Below, piece after piece: positions 20,341 through 31,841 of a stretch of 64,000 nt of DNA. Position 1 is the stretch's first letter, and each line of letters starts with the position of its first letter. Source of the stretch: Ascidiella aspersa (taxonomy: Eukaryota); the NCBI GenBank assembly GCA_963924565.1, contig OZ004610.1, positions 7,812,001-7,876,000 of the forward strand. The letters are read 5' to 3'. A program made the translations under genes and the position numbers. Under the pieces are notes generated by a model, which saw only the letters and a list, made by a program, of their open reading frames with translations, ran no database searches and was not told where the DNA came from.

Positions 20341-23300
20341 TCAGAACTTTTTGAAGGTCGACCTTCGGCGCACTGCCTTGGGCGGGGGCGCCACGGGGGC
20401 CTTGGGGGCGTAATTGGCGAAATCCCGCAGGGTGATGGGGTAATCCCCCTTGCAGCGAAGGTGCTGGCAGATTCGTTCGACTTCAAGCTGAAAGTATTTG
20501 TACTTTTAATAGCGGTTAAATGTCGGAGGCTTTAGTTTGTTATAACAACGCTCTCGTGGTGCAGATAAATAGCACTGTGCCGAAGTTATGTCTGCGTTCA
20601 GGCAAGCTTAACTACGGCCACAAGGTTAATAACCCTGACGACCCCTGTCTACGGTTTGGTCACGGAACAAAGGTAGTACCAAATTTGTCCTTAACTGAAA
20701 GAGCTTGTTTCTTTATTATGTTATCTAAAGGTGTTGATTTTCTATGATCGCATTTTTCACTATTTCACCAAGTAGTTGTTTTTTTTTTCTTGTAACCGTA
20801 ATTTTAGGTTATTTTTTTGAACTCTCTTTGAAATAACTATCTAAAAGTTAACTATGAGTTTAAGAAAAGGGATAAGTTATTTTTAAGTAAAAAACTTTTT
20901 TCTTAATACCTTAAAATTCTCTAGACTTAATTGTCATTTTTGCAATCAATATTTTTCTGCCAAATACGTGCTGTATGAAATAATGTAAATTTATTTTCAT
21001 TGCCAAAATACTTTGCAACAAAATATAAAATTATAAATAAAATCAATTTTCATAAACCAGCGTATTTGAAGCACGAGTGGAGTTGTTACGTCACTGGGTG
21101 TTACGTCACCTACCCCGGTTATTACGTCACTACCCACCTCGCTCACTCTTCCCAAGCGGAAGAGCGTCGCTCTCATCTCCTCCCACTTTGCTCCTCCTCC
21201 TCCTCCGGGAGCGATCGACTCCATGAAGGTGGGAAGCGAGGTCCTCATCTGTTTGAGGATGCGAGTGAGAAGGTTGGTGGCCGCCTGCATCTCGCAATCC
21301 TGGCAACACAAAATGGATGCCAATAAAGACTAAAAAAATGGCACGCTAGCCCCCGAAAATACTAAAATTGTTATACAGCCACTTGCCATTGTTTATTCAC
21401 CATTTAAAACAATCGCAGCAATAACGACAATTACCAATTACTTCTGATATTATAACATTATACTATAATGGAGGCTCGCATTAACCTAATTATATAGCTT
21501 GGTGTCGACAGACACTTGGATGAAGTAATGCGCATTTCTACTACACAGCTTGAAGGCTGACTTTGGCAGATCAAGTAAAAGGTTAAACTGTTGGGACCCT
21601 TTGTACAGAACTGCCGAAAGGCTTGCCGAAGTCGGTCAGCCTGATCAGAAATATAGTGCAAGCAAGGCCAGGCTAGAAAAACAAGTAGCCTGCGGTGAGA
21701 TTCGAACTCACAACCTCCTATAGGGGATTGTTCTAACTTCTAGCAAACAATTTGGTGAAACTCGGCAAAAAACAGGCGTTCTTGTGTGGAAGCCAATATT
21801 AGAGTTAATTGCAGGATCAGACGTGTGTTTATAAATGGATAATGATTTCGCCTCAACTGTATTTTAAATGCCTTAATTCGGTTGAAACTTACAAATTATA
21901 CACGATTATAATAAAGATTTAACAAACTACGATGGGAAACACACTCACGTATTTCTCCTTCAGGGGCTGTCCCTCGTAAAAGACGGAAACGGATCTGACG
22001 TTGAGGACGGATTTTGCGGAAGCGGAAAGGTCCGGAGGAAGGACTACTTCCCGGATGCTGAGATCCACCAACTTCTCGCTCTTTTCAAGATGTTGGAGGA
22101 ACGACTGTGAAGTAAGGAGAAAAACTGCAATGTATCCGGTTAAAAAATAATAACTTTTAAGCATTAACTGTGATGATACAAGCGGTATTAAACTTTGTCA
22201 AAATGATGACCTGTTTTGCTATAAGATTCATTATATAAACAACTTTTAAGCACCTCAAAGCAGAATAAGGGAGAGTGTGAAGTTCGAAGAATAAAGAAAA
22301 TATTAGAAGAATACCCACGAAAATATTTTTTATTGCACGAAAAATTGATTACATGGCGTTTTGGTCCTTATGATTTTTACACAATTTTTGTTTTAATGGT
22401 TTTGTTTTTCTGTCGTTTAAATTCGGTTTTGCTGATTTGCTGAAACACAATGTTTGAATAAAGACATGAAATACACCACGAATGGTAAAATAAAACCTTC
22501 ACACTTATACTCCTAAATGTTCTAAAAATGAAAATCGAAAAAAAAAAAAACGGTATGGATGTGATATGATAAAGGTAAGCCAAATTAAAAACTCTCCAAA
22601 AAAAACTTTGACACAAAAATCGCAAAGAATTGCACTGGGCAATAATATTTTCTGTATTTTAGCCAAGAATAAAAAACAAAAATCCCATTTTCATCAAGTT
22701 ACCGACACTTTAGAGAATTTTTTTGCAGAAAACAAACTATTTTCATTTGAAGAAGAGAAATGCTCCCCCCCCCCCCCCCCCCCAACAGAAAATCGCGCTG
22801 TTGAGCAATACCAACAAATACAATACATAAGTCGCGCATTTTAATAAAATTATCACCAGTTTATTTGAAAACTTTTTTAAAGGACCCAGCGTTGACTATT
22901 TTTCCTCAACTCAAACAAAAGTCACGCATTTTTCGTCGCATTACTGTCACTTTAAAATTTCATAGAACGCATAAGTTTATACAAAGCAAATTTGTAAAAA
23001 ACCGCTTGGTAAAAGTCTGACTTTCGTCAAATTGATAATAAACATCGCGCGCATTGATATTTTCCATATTTTAGCAAACAATTAAAAACAAACGTCCAAT
23101 TTTCATTAAGTTAGCGACACTTTAAAGGAAAACTTTTCAGGTAAACAAAGTAAATAATTTGTAGAAGCGAATGCAGCAAGTTATTAAACTATACCAACAA
23201 ATGAAAAAAAAAGTTGTGCATTTTCTACAAAATTTATACAAAGCAAATTTGTAAAATCAAAAAACGTAAAAGTCCTACTTTCGTCAAATTAAGCCTTTCT

Positions 23301-26300
23301 ACAAATATATATTCAACTATACCAACAAGCAAAGGTCGCGCATTTTCTACAAATTTTGACAAAGCAAACTTCAAGCCTCACTTTCGTCAAATGGATAAAA
23401 AAAAATCGCGCGCATTTATCAACTTACCGCCAAACCCTTTCTTCCGAGGGGGTTTCGGTCCAGAACCAGGGTCCTCAGGCAGCTGTGGGACTTTTTGACC
23501 CTTCGGCCCACCTTGGCGCCGCACACCCCCGCCGCCAGGCGCTCGGCGCCGAAGGGCCCGATGTGGTTCACGGCCAGAGACAGGAACTTTAGACCTGTGT
23601 TGGTCCGCAGGGGACGCCCCAAAAGAGCGGCCCCCTCGTCACCCAGGCCGTTCCAGGAAAGGTCAAGGCTCCGAAGACTCCCGTTCACCTTTTTTACAAG
23701 TTTAAACGATATGAAGCATTTTTCATTGCGATACCGATATCGATGTTTTGCACAAAAAATATCGCGAATCGAACTGATTCTCGACGTCATTTATTATGCT
23801 TAAAGAAGAACAATAGAAAAAAATAAACTGTTTTTGTTTTCAGGTGATTGAGCCACAATTTACATTTGTTTTATTAGGCCAAATTTGATTTTACGTCTAT
23901 TTTTAGCATGTGTTAAATTACTATTTTAGTAAACTTACTATTTTAGGGGCGGAGTAGTCTGGGGGCACGTGTATAGAATATTTTCAATATTCTATTTTAG
24001 ATTGTTAAAAATTCAAATTTGTTGTTTTAATTATGAGTTTAGTTACTTTCCTTGTGACGGCCGGTCACGTTTTTCTTTCTTTTAGGGCCACAAATTATTA
24101 TTACCGAGCAACAAACAAGGGGTCCAGCACACATTAAGGACTGGACCAGGGGTCGGCAACCTACGCCCCGCGGGCCGGATCCGGCCCGCCGATGTAATTC
24201 ATCCGGCCCGCCGCCTCTTACACAAATTAGACACGAGTCCATTTCACATACTTTTTGACTATTTTAACTTATTTTAACAGGTGCAAAACATTTTCTCATT
24301 ATTCTGCGTCCGGTTTGTTTACGTTTTGATGCTGTGTCTTCACCTACATCAGCGCTTCATTGCCGTTGCGCCGTGGAAGGTCGCCAAATGCGTCACGGAA
24401 AAACATAAAACGTATTCAAAATGTTGGACATATTTTTTAAACAATATATTTCGGCAATGTAATGAAAACTTGCAATAAATTTAAAAGAAATGCCGGTATT
24501 TCTTTACAAAATAAACGCGTTTTCCCGCTTTGCTCCAAAGCTTTACTTCCTCCAGGTAATTAAACACGTTTTTAAGTGGAAAAACGATCCGATGCCCCGC
24601 TGATTCACTGTTGTTCTAACATTAAAATAACACAATTCTTAGTTATCATTTTGTGCGGCCCGCAGAGATCTTTCTGATTTTATTTTGGCCCGCGACTAGA
24701 AAAAGGTTGCCGACCCCTGGACTGGACATTGGGGTTCAGTTTTTGCCATGAAGTTAAAGCGCAACACATTAGTTGATTTTTACCCTGATCTACATTTGGG
24801 AGGAAAACTAAAAAGCGTGGTAACTTCTACTTAAAATGTCCACTTACTTTGAGCGCCTTTCCCAAAGCTGTTGATGCAAGTTTGCCCAGGATGTTCCAGG
24901 ATAAATTCAAGCTGTCAATCACGCTGTTCTCCATCAGCACTGCTGCGAAAGCCTGGCCTGAAAAGCAGAGGTAAAAGTTGAATAATAATTTTCTTATCGG
25001 AACACTGGAATATTTTCAGAAATGACGTCAAAGGATAAGGTCATCACGAGGCGTCTAAAATAAGTCAACCTTAGGAAACCTGAAGTTATAGTCGGATGTA
25101 GTGTCCAAATATGCAACTGAATCTTAGTTTAAATGCATTTAACGAGATGGCGGAAAAAACTCGTGAAAAGGGACATGGCGTGGTAAAAAATACCAATAAC
25201 ATTTTTAAAGGTGTGTCGTCACTCCAAATTTATTTTTACCAAAAGTCTGGTCCGGCTGCCTTTAATTAACTGGAACGTCCAGGCTTTTTTACCAGTACGA
25301 GCAACACATTCACGTTTTTTTTTAATTTAAAGCAAACTTTGTGTAAAAAAATATATCTTTTTTCCAACGGTTGTATTTAACGGACAGACTATCGTTAGTC
25401 CGAGTAAAGAGTGTTTTAAATGCAGTATCCCTGAAAAAAAACTCAAATTTATTTTCAAATATTTTACCTGTTTTATCGGAGAAAAGGTTGTGGCTGACAT
25501 CGAGCGATTTCAAAGTCAGATTCCCGCGCAGAGCTTCGCACAAAACAAGAGCCTCCTTCGTAATAAAAACTCAATTGAAATATACGCGACTTGCTAGGGA
25601 TCAATCAAAAGTAACGGTTTGCGAAGTCAATACAAAATGTACGAGAACAATAAACACAAAATACAGAAAAAGGAGGCGAATTAGAAATAAACACGTGACA
25701 ACTAACTCCAGAGGGTAATATAAATTCAAGATAAATGTTTTTAGTATTGCTATAAATAAGTTACTTAACTCGTTGACTTGCCATTGTGTTAAAAATAAAA
25801 TTCCTAAACACCGATAAAGATGTGTTTTTTCAGCTTTTTTAAAATAGTGATAACCGCCTTACCCGGTCTCCCAGCTTGTTGTGACTTATGCAAAGGGAGG
25901 TGAGGGTCGAGTTGTTTTGCAGAACGTCGGCGAAGTAGCTCCCAGCGTCCGTTCGTAGACAGTTGCGACTCAAATCGACGCGGCATATCGTCGAATTGCG
26001 CCTAAGGTATAATATGGTGGATGGTAAACCGTGAAGGAAGTTGGGGGGTTAACTAAAATAAATCGTAAATTTAAAACACATTTGCAACCTAAGGGACGCC
26101 ATTAAAGCTATGAATCAAAAGCAAGCGCCTACCAAATAAAATACCCAGTTAAACACGATTCTAAAAATATTATTATCGGATTGTTCGATAATAATGGATC
26201 GAAGCCGAAACCGATATAAAGTGGATTTATCGGAACTCGTCCGATACCAGGGTGGTATCGGTGACGATTCGACATCAAACTAATATGGCTATTTTAGCCG

Positions 26301-29300
26301 TTAATTGTGGTCCAGTCCATGGTTTTCTACTTTGAAACTATAATACAAACATTTGACGATATTGACATGTTAAAGATCAGAAGATACTGGATGTTATTTT
26401 ATCCAGAAATAGTGATGTGATTCCGGAATGTAACAATGCAACAATATGACTAAGTAAATAACATGGAATTGGAATTGGAAAGTCGTATATGGAAAGAATA
26501 ACAAATGTCATCTAATCCGGTAGTGGGATTACAGGACAGCGCTCAATGAAGTTGACAAAAATAACAGAAACTCATTACTTCGTCAGTAAAGAATTTCTGA
26601 AGATTTCAGCTTAAAAATGGTTCGCTTTACATGTCATTATATTTTTTACACCTACCCCGTACGCCTAATTTATAACGTGCCAGCCTTACTAAACAGTAGA
26701 GTTATAGCTACTAGCATCATGTTATTAGTTATCTTATTCTAACACCGTGGTTCTCAAAGTATGGGTGGCGCAGGGTCAAAAAATGGGTCGCTCTATGGTG
26801 ATTCAATCCTGCGCAAACGAAGTTTTTTTATTTCATTTTTCAAGTATTTTCAATTCAATCATAACTGAGTTATTGCACGATAAGCTTTTCAGGTGGCTTA
26901 AAATCTGTAACCTGGATTATTGCATCATAAGTGGTTTTATGAACGTTTTAATGGGAGCCAGCTTCAGTATAGCCATACCCAACTGCAGTAGCTGCCAAAA
27001 AAGCTTTTAGTCATCACAACAAGCCACGCTGATATTATAAAGGAAAAAATTCAGTTTCACCAATCACACTAAAATCAATCAATCATTTTTTTTGTAATCA
27101 ATCATTGTTTTATAGAACTGTGTAGGCTACTATATCTGGTTGTCGTGCCATTTTTTGATGTTTGAGGCTTTGGTCGTGAGATGCTCAAAAAACTCAGATT
27201 TGGGTCGCGCTCAAAAAAGTTTGAGAACCACTGTTCTAACACATCCAAAACAGTTTAGCGGCATACGTGAGAATTGGAAGAAATACACAAATGAATAGGC
27301 CCACTTCATATTTAGTAAAGTTAAATTAGTTGCAGAAATTCCATTTCATAGAACGAATATCAAAGCCCATAAAGAAATAGAAAACATTTTTGTCGAATAA
27401 TTCTTTACTCGTTGTCAATACCATTATTGGAAACTACTTCTGTATGGGCTTCGATATTTGTTTTACGTTCAACCAATATGCTCCAAAGATTTCGTATTAC
27501 TTTTACATTTTTTTAACCAAAGATTGGCACACAGGGGGGTGTTTTTGTTAACCAAAAAGGGTGTCATTAATTTGAAAAGTCAGCAAAACTGTCTGTCAGA
27601 GAAACACGCTCGGCATTGGCATTTAAATCGTCATTTAAGCGAAGTGGGTCGTGTTTTGACAAAAGAAGAGACAGTTTTCAGTCAACAGACGAAGGACGGC
27701 CTCTTTACAGCTTAAGTAGACTCGCGCCATTCTTTCGACACAATGGCACCTGTTCGTCTTTGTTGACGCGACACTGGGCGACATTGTGAGGTCAGGTTTC
27801 GATTTCGTGGAGTGGCGTAGGGTCGCAACAGTTAGTTAGTGGGTGGCCGAAAATTTAGGTTTCGAGGCAACCTACTTTGGATGTTTTAAGGCCGCTTTTG
27901 AGATAGCGGAGAATGTATAAGCGCACTAGCGCGTTTTTTCCGTTAAGGTCGTTAAATGTTTCCTTTTCAATTTTTACACGGAATTCTTGCATTTCTCTGA
28001 ACAATAATACACTGCTATCTTTTCTAAACTCCTACGAAAACTGTTGTTTTGTGTTTCAAACATATACACTGTGTTCCTTTGGGAAGGCTAACCAAAATCT
28101 GGCGGTGTGATAAATATTTTATATCAACAAGACAAGGTTAAAAACGCGTGATTTTCTGATAGCAACTATTTATATAGGTTTTGCCCATAGAATATCACAC
28201 AAATAACAGCTATTTCTTTATCAAATTAAAAAGCTATTCTGGCTACTGCAATACTGTATTCGTCTCGTGTCAATGATCAACACAATTTATTTTACACTAA
28301 AGAATAATTTCTTATTAACTGATCTCCATTGCAATTTAAGATCAACATTGTAAAGATAGCTTAAAAACAATTTGAATTATCGTAATGGGGAATATACTCA
28401 CTTGAGCATGTTGGAAAGGTGTTTTGCACTTTTGTCGTTGAGTGAATTGTTGGAAAGGTTAAGGCTTTTGATAAAGGTGTTGTGGCCTAATCCAGATGCA
28501 AGAGCCAGTGTGTCTTTATCACTTAGGCACCTTAACAAAATAAAAATTGAATGTAATCTGTCAAACTAACCTTTTTGAGATCTGTATTTTGATGCAACAT
28601 GTTTAAATCTCTGGTATCTTAACAATGTGAATGGTGTTTTAAACAAAAAACAGAAAAAAAATTCCACAGACCTACTAACGAATTTTTGTTATTTATGAGA
28701 TGCAACACCCTTTCACTGACCATAGCCAATAAAACAGTATATAAATATATATATGAAAACATTGTATTACTGTTTCCCTAATCACGTTAAGGTTAACAAG
28801 TAGCATTCACATTTTGCAAGACTCACCTATGGTTGAGGCGAAAGTGAATTTCCTCCTCGGTAAGTTTGTGGACAACTTGCTGGGCAGGTGCAACGCCTAC
28901 AGCAGTTAAATAAAGAAATGTGTCAATGCTGTAACTTTTCTGTGAATAAATTCCAATAGAAATCATTGTTGATTGCTTTATATATTATAAAAAGAATCCG
29001 TTTGCAAAATGGTTTAAATTAAAATCTTGATTAACATTGATGGGTAAAATCAACACAACTAAAAACAAAAACATTGATTTATTCTTTTGAAAATAATACT
29101 GTTTTGGGCATACTTTTGTCAACAAATGGAGGTACACTTTTTCGTGTTAAAATATAAAAAATACTACCTCTTTTCCTGCACATCTGCCTGTAATGCCAAA
29201 CCCCAGTTGGGTCTTCATCTTCTGGAATGGCATTGACAAAATCCTCTTCCAGATCGGTGTCGTACTCGTCAGATTGAAACTCGAGGCCATCAAGGAAGTC

Positions 29301-30414
29301 TGTGAATGTCAGCGCTGACTCTGGTCGCATATTCACAGATTCACGACTTGCCAATCTCTCCTGAACCCAAGCCCAGTCATCTCTTGGGGCAGATTCTGTG
29401 ACAATGAGTAAATTTTTAGGGGTTGTTATACTTTTTTTTGGAAACAAGTAAATTCTTTAAATTATTGCTATAGACAAACAAAATACTGTTCTAACCACTA
29501 ATTAGATTTCAAACATCCATCAATTTTGGTAATAGATTGAATAAAATATATCTGGCATAAATTGTATCATTATAAATAATTGTTGTTGGCAACACACTAT
29601 AAAATTTGCTATTTCATAAAATCATACAGGTTCACCTACTCTGCATGTAGAAAGTAATAAAAGGATTATAATTAAAGATAAGCAACAATTTACATTTTTA
29701 AGATCTTTGGCTTGTTAGACTTTAAATAGATGAACCTATATACTTGGGTACACTAGACAGTAGACATGGATCTGCTAGAACAGCTAGATAATGGATCTCA
29801 AAGCCAAAAAGTTTGAGTAAACGGTTTTATAAAGATGATGTTGGCTTGGAAATTTATCATGAGCCTATATATATTTAGTGTTTCAAGGAGTTAAGTAACT
29901 AAATAATATATAACATATTTACAATGATTGTAACTACTAACGAACTTGGCGTTTCAAAGATTTGCTTCTCTTCCAGTACTTCTCTTGGAGACTCTTCGAT
30001 CACTTGAAACAGAGTGGAGCGTTCCGTGTCGCTCTGATCATACTGGATCTCAACTTCTTCAAGACTCTGAACATCCTCTGCTGCTTCCTTGGAGGAAAGA
30101 GTCCCCTCCTGACTAGCGCCGATGATAAAAATCTTCGGCGGATCGTTTAAAAGAAATGGAGTTGTCGATTCCCTGCAGTGGTTGACAGCAGGTGGCGCCG
30201 ATTGGACTCCAAGCCTTCCAGTTTGGTATGCCAGCGATTTTCTCGACCGAAAACGTTCCCCGCTGGTCTGCAACTGCCTACTGTACCTAGGTGTGTTGTT
30301 GAGGATGTATTTGTGCTGTTTCTGCACGTTTCTTTTAGCCGCTCGGCTCAAAACGGCCATGGCGCGAGCCGAAATCGGAAGCTCAATGCAGGACTGGAAG
30401 TTTTCCTCATTCAT
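20341..30414 (-). CDS. LRRC74: LRRC74-like leucine-rich repeat protein (RI-type LRRs), 11 exons
   Basis: Minus-strand exons join in frame: 30414-29946, 29395-29168 (EYDTDLEED...DPTGVWHYRQMCRKRG, as in LRRC74A/B), 28896-28827, 28530-28402, 26001-25863, 25555-25468, 24957-24848, 23688-23428, 22104-21949, 21299-21138 (or 21147), 20487-20341 (stop TGA). Repeated NxxLxxLDLSxNxL motifs. The A/B paralog assignment is not resolvable and the first exon is less certain. Confidence 0.75.
21657..21717 (-). mobile_element. tRNA-derived SINE fragment, same family as 33045-33148
   Basis: Reverse complement gaggttgtgagttcgaatctcaccgcaggctacttgtttttctagcctggccttgcttgca contains a B box and matches the 33089-33148 segment. 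Confidence 0.65.
24147..24719. mobile_element. hAT (Buster/Charlie-like) MITE
   Basis: TIRs caggggtcggcaacct / aggttgccgacccctg; perfect 8-bp TSD gactggac. Confidence 0.9.
26745..27233. mobile_element. hAT MITE, same family as 44167-44671
   Basis: TIRs ccgtggttctcaaa / tttgagaaccactg; TSD ttctaaca; internal sequence shared with the 44167 copy. Confidence 0.9.
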
Positions 30415-30500
30415 CGTAGAGTATTAAAAAGAACAGGGAACATAAATCGCTATCTTTCGGATATTGAAATCCTACATTCTATTGTGAAACAATGTGGTTC

Positions 30501-30514
30501 TTTGCTATAGTTAC
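30501..30514 (-). promoter_or_regulatory. Candidate RFX X-box upstream of the LRRC74-like gene
   Basis: GTAACTATAGCAAA on the minus strand, a 13/14 match to GTHNYY-AT-RRNAAC, ~90 bp upstream of the ATG. Confidence 0.4.
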
Positions 30515-31841
30515 CACCACAAAAAGCCTAAAACAAAATACCAAATAAATGCTTGGTGTCTAATTGTAAAAAATAGGATTCCAAACATCCATTTAACTTT
30601 AAAATTATATTGGTCTTCTAATATTTTGTATCTCATCGTTCAAAAACGTAATTTAGATCGTTTTTTACTTTACAAAAAGTGCTTATACGTATGATAATAC
30701 AAATCTTACTAAACTAGTATTCCAAAAATTTGATATGTGTAAAAGTATCTGTCAACTGGCCAAATCTCGTGTAAACCAGGATGTCACTGACTGAGAAAAA
30801 TTCCGCAACTGATTTCAATTATGTCCCACACGTTGCTGTGATGCTACAATTTGTTTACATCACGTGACCCGGTCGTTACGCTTGAGTTAATAACTTTTAA
30901 AACTTGTAGTATTCTATATACATAATAAAATTCCTTAAACTTTCAAAAAAAATTGTCTATAGAGAGTTAAAAAATGTATATAAGACATTAATTGCGCTTA
31001 AAAAATAATTTGAAAGTTGATTCTTCTAAAAGTCAGGCATTTGTTTTGCCAAGGTTTCTTTGTTTTGATGTCAACAAAATCCGGCACAGTTTAGCTGATT
31101 TGCATGATTATAAACATGCACAACGTCGACCTTTCACACATAATAGGGAATGAAACATGCAAACAAGACCTAACAGCGTATTAAATGCAGAAAATTGTGT
31201 TAATGCTTTAAAATTGCTCGACTACATGCATTGTCACCACGTTTACCTTAAAACCAGGAACTTCCTTTTAGAATGCAAATTTTTATGACGCCACGGATTA
31301 AAGAAAACGTTGGGCGAAGTGAAAGCGCGTATTTCAGAGTTTAGTCAGAGAAAATAAAATGAGTTACTAATTTTTGGGTTAGGCGTTTGAAGATTCATTT
31401 CTGTTTTGCTTTTGTATTGATTTTTTTATTGAATAAACGTCGATACGGCGTTTAATCTTCGATGAATGCTTAAGTTTGTTGGAGATGCTTTGCGTATAAC
31501 TTGTTTTGTAAAAGTTGTTTTTCTTACTATAAATCTATGATATACTTTGCGTATTTTCGCTTTATAGCTATTAGGGTACTATAATGACTAGGTCCTGTAG
31601 TCCTGGTAAATGTTTCTATAAATATCAATCAACTAAAAAAAGTTTTTTTTATTTTTTATTGCACCTTTTTTAGATTTTTCATTGTGTCAAATTTCCATTA
31701 TTATTAAAATTTTCCAAACGGATATTCCTTTGTTTTTAATCCATACAATGTCATAGTTATTTTTCTAAATTTTCTATTATGTAATCATATTCATTGTTGT
31801 TACAGTTTAAGTTTACAAAAAAGAAAAACCTATTGTTCAAC

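Noticed and set aside
22590-23420. Degenerate interspersed short repeats in an LRRC74-like intron as a CRISPR-like array
   Set aside because: Eukaryotic intron with irregular spacing and no constant repeat-spacer structure; looks like decayed local duplications.
27570-27600. Resemblance to the telomerase RNA pseudoknot strand (gctgactttt / aaaagtcagc)
   Set aside because: No template sequence and no pairing partner on either strand.
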